A stretch of DNA of 20,000 nucleotides, taken from positions 232,200 through 252,199 of the forward strand of contig RSEE01000094.1 in assembly GCA_003971905.1 (NCBI GenBank), in the 5' to 3' direction. This document shows, one piece after another, positions 19,536 through 20,000 of the stretch. Positions within the stretch are counted from its first letter, which is position 1. Each line of letters begins with the position of its first letter. The position numbers and the translations under genes are program-made. The notes beneath the pieces were generated by a model. It did no database searches, was not told the origin of the DNA, and saw nothing but the letters and a program-made list of their open reading frames with translations. The DNA comes from Moniliella sp. 'wahieum' (lineage: Eukaryota).

Positions 19536-20000
19536 ATTTTAGCACTGTGGCCTCAGGGCCTCATCGACCATGGCGCAAAGAGCCATCCGTAAGTGAAAAG
19601 GCCTGACGGGTACTTGGAAGGAAGTGGCCGAGAGTGTCATGTCAGGCAGGTATAGAGTCACTACTAGCACTACTAGAGCCGCTATCTTGTGTCTAGTGCA
19701 AGAACACATGTCAGTACTCAGATTGCACTCTATCACAGGTTGCTTTATACATGTGGATCTCGCTGTGTATGAGCGAGCACGCAGAGTGTGGCATTGGCGC
19801 ACATGCAACACTTTTTCTCGTGAAGAGCTATTAAATACTCAATGTAAACGAGTTGCCGTGGCCATGGGGAACGATGGTGGCACCCTCTGGTCCTGATGCA
19901 GGCCTGACGGGTTGAATATGGGGAAGTCATAATGATTCACACAGCTAAGAATGAGATCGATGAGATTTGTGCCACAAATGGACAAAATCAGAAGTCGCCA

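Overview
Eukaryotic, gene-dense fungal DNA (basidiomycete-like: short 58-77 nt GT-AG introns with CTRAC branch sites, GC-rich exons). From left to right: the 5' end of an unknown minus-strand gene; a large fungal HSL-family alpha/beta hydrolase (HGG / GDSAGG); DASH-complex subunit Dad2; peroxisomal urate oxidase (C-terminal SKL); exosome subunit Rrp46; mitochondrial Tim54; an Aurora (Ipl1/Ark1) kinase; a 5'-truncated CRE/Cnl1-type non-LTR retrotransposon remnant keeping only the CCHC knuckle and restriction-like endonuclease, with a candidate 8-bp TSD; about 2 kb of repeat-rich noncoding DNA; and a probable low-complexity orphan gene with an (MG/MD)n repeat. Five of the six conserved genes are broken by single-base (-1) deletions, many in homopolymers. 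This most likely reflects unpolished long-read consensus error rather than pseudogenisation, and it makes the ORF track misleading. The most notable unexplained signals are the RT-less endonuclease insertion and a recurring (ACTGAGT)-based element in two divergent promoters.
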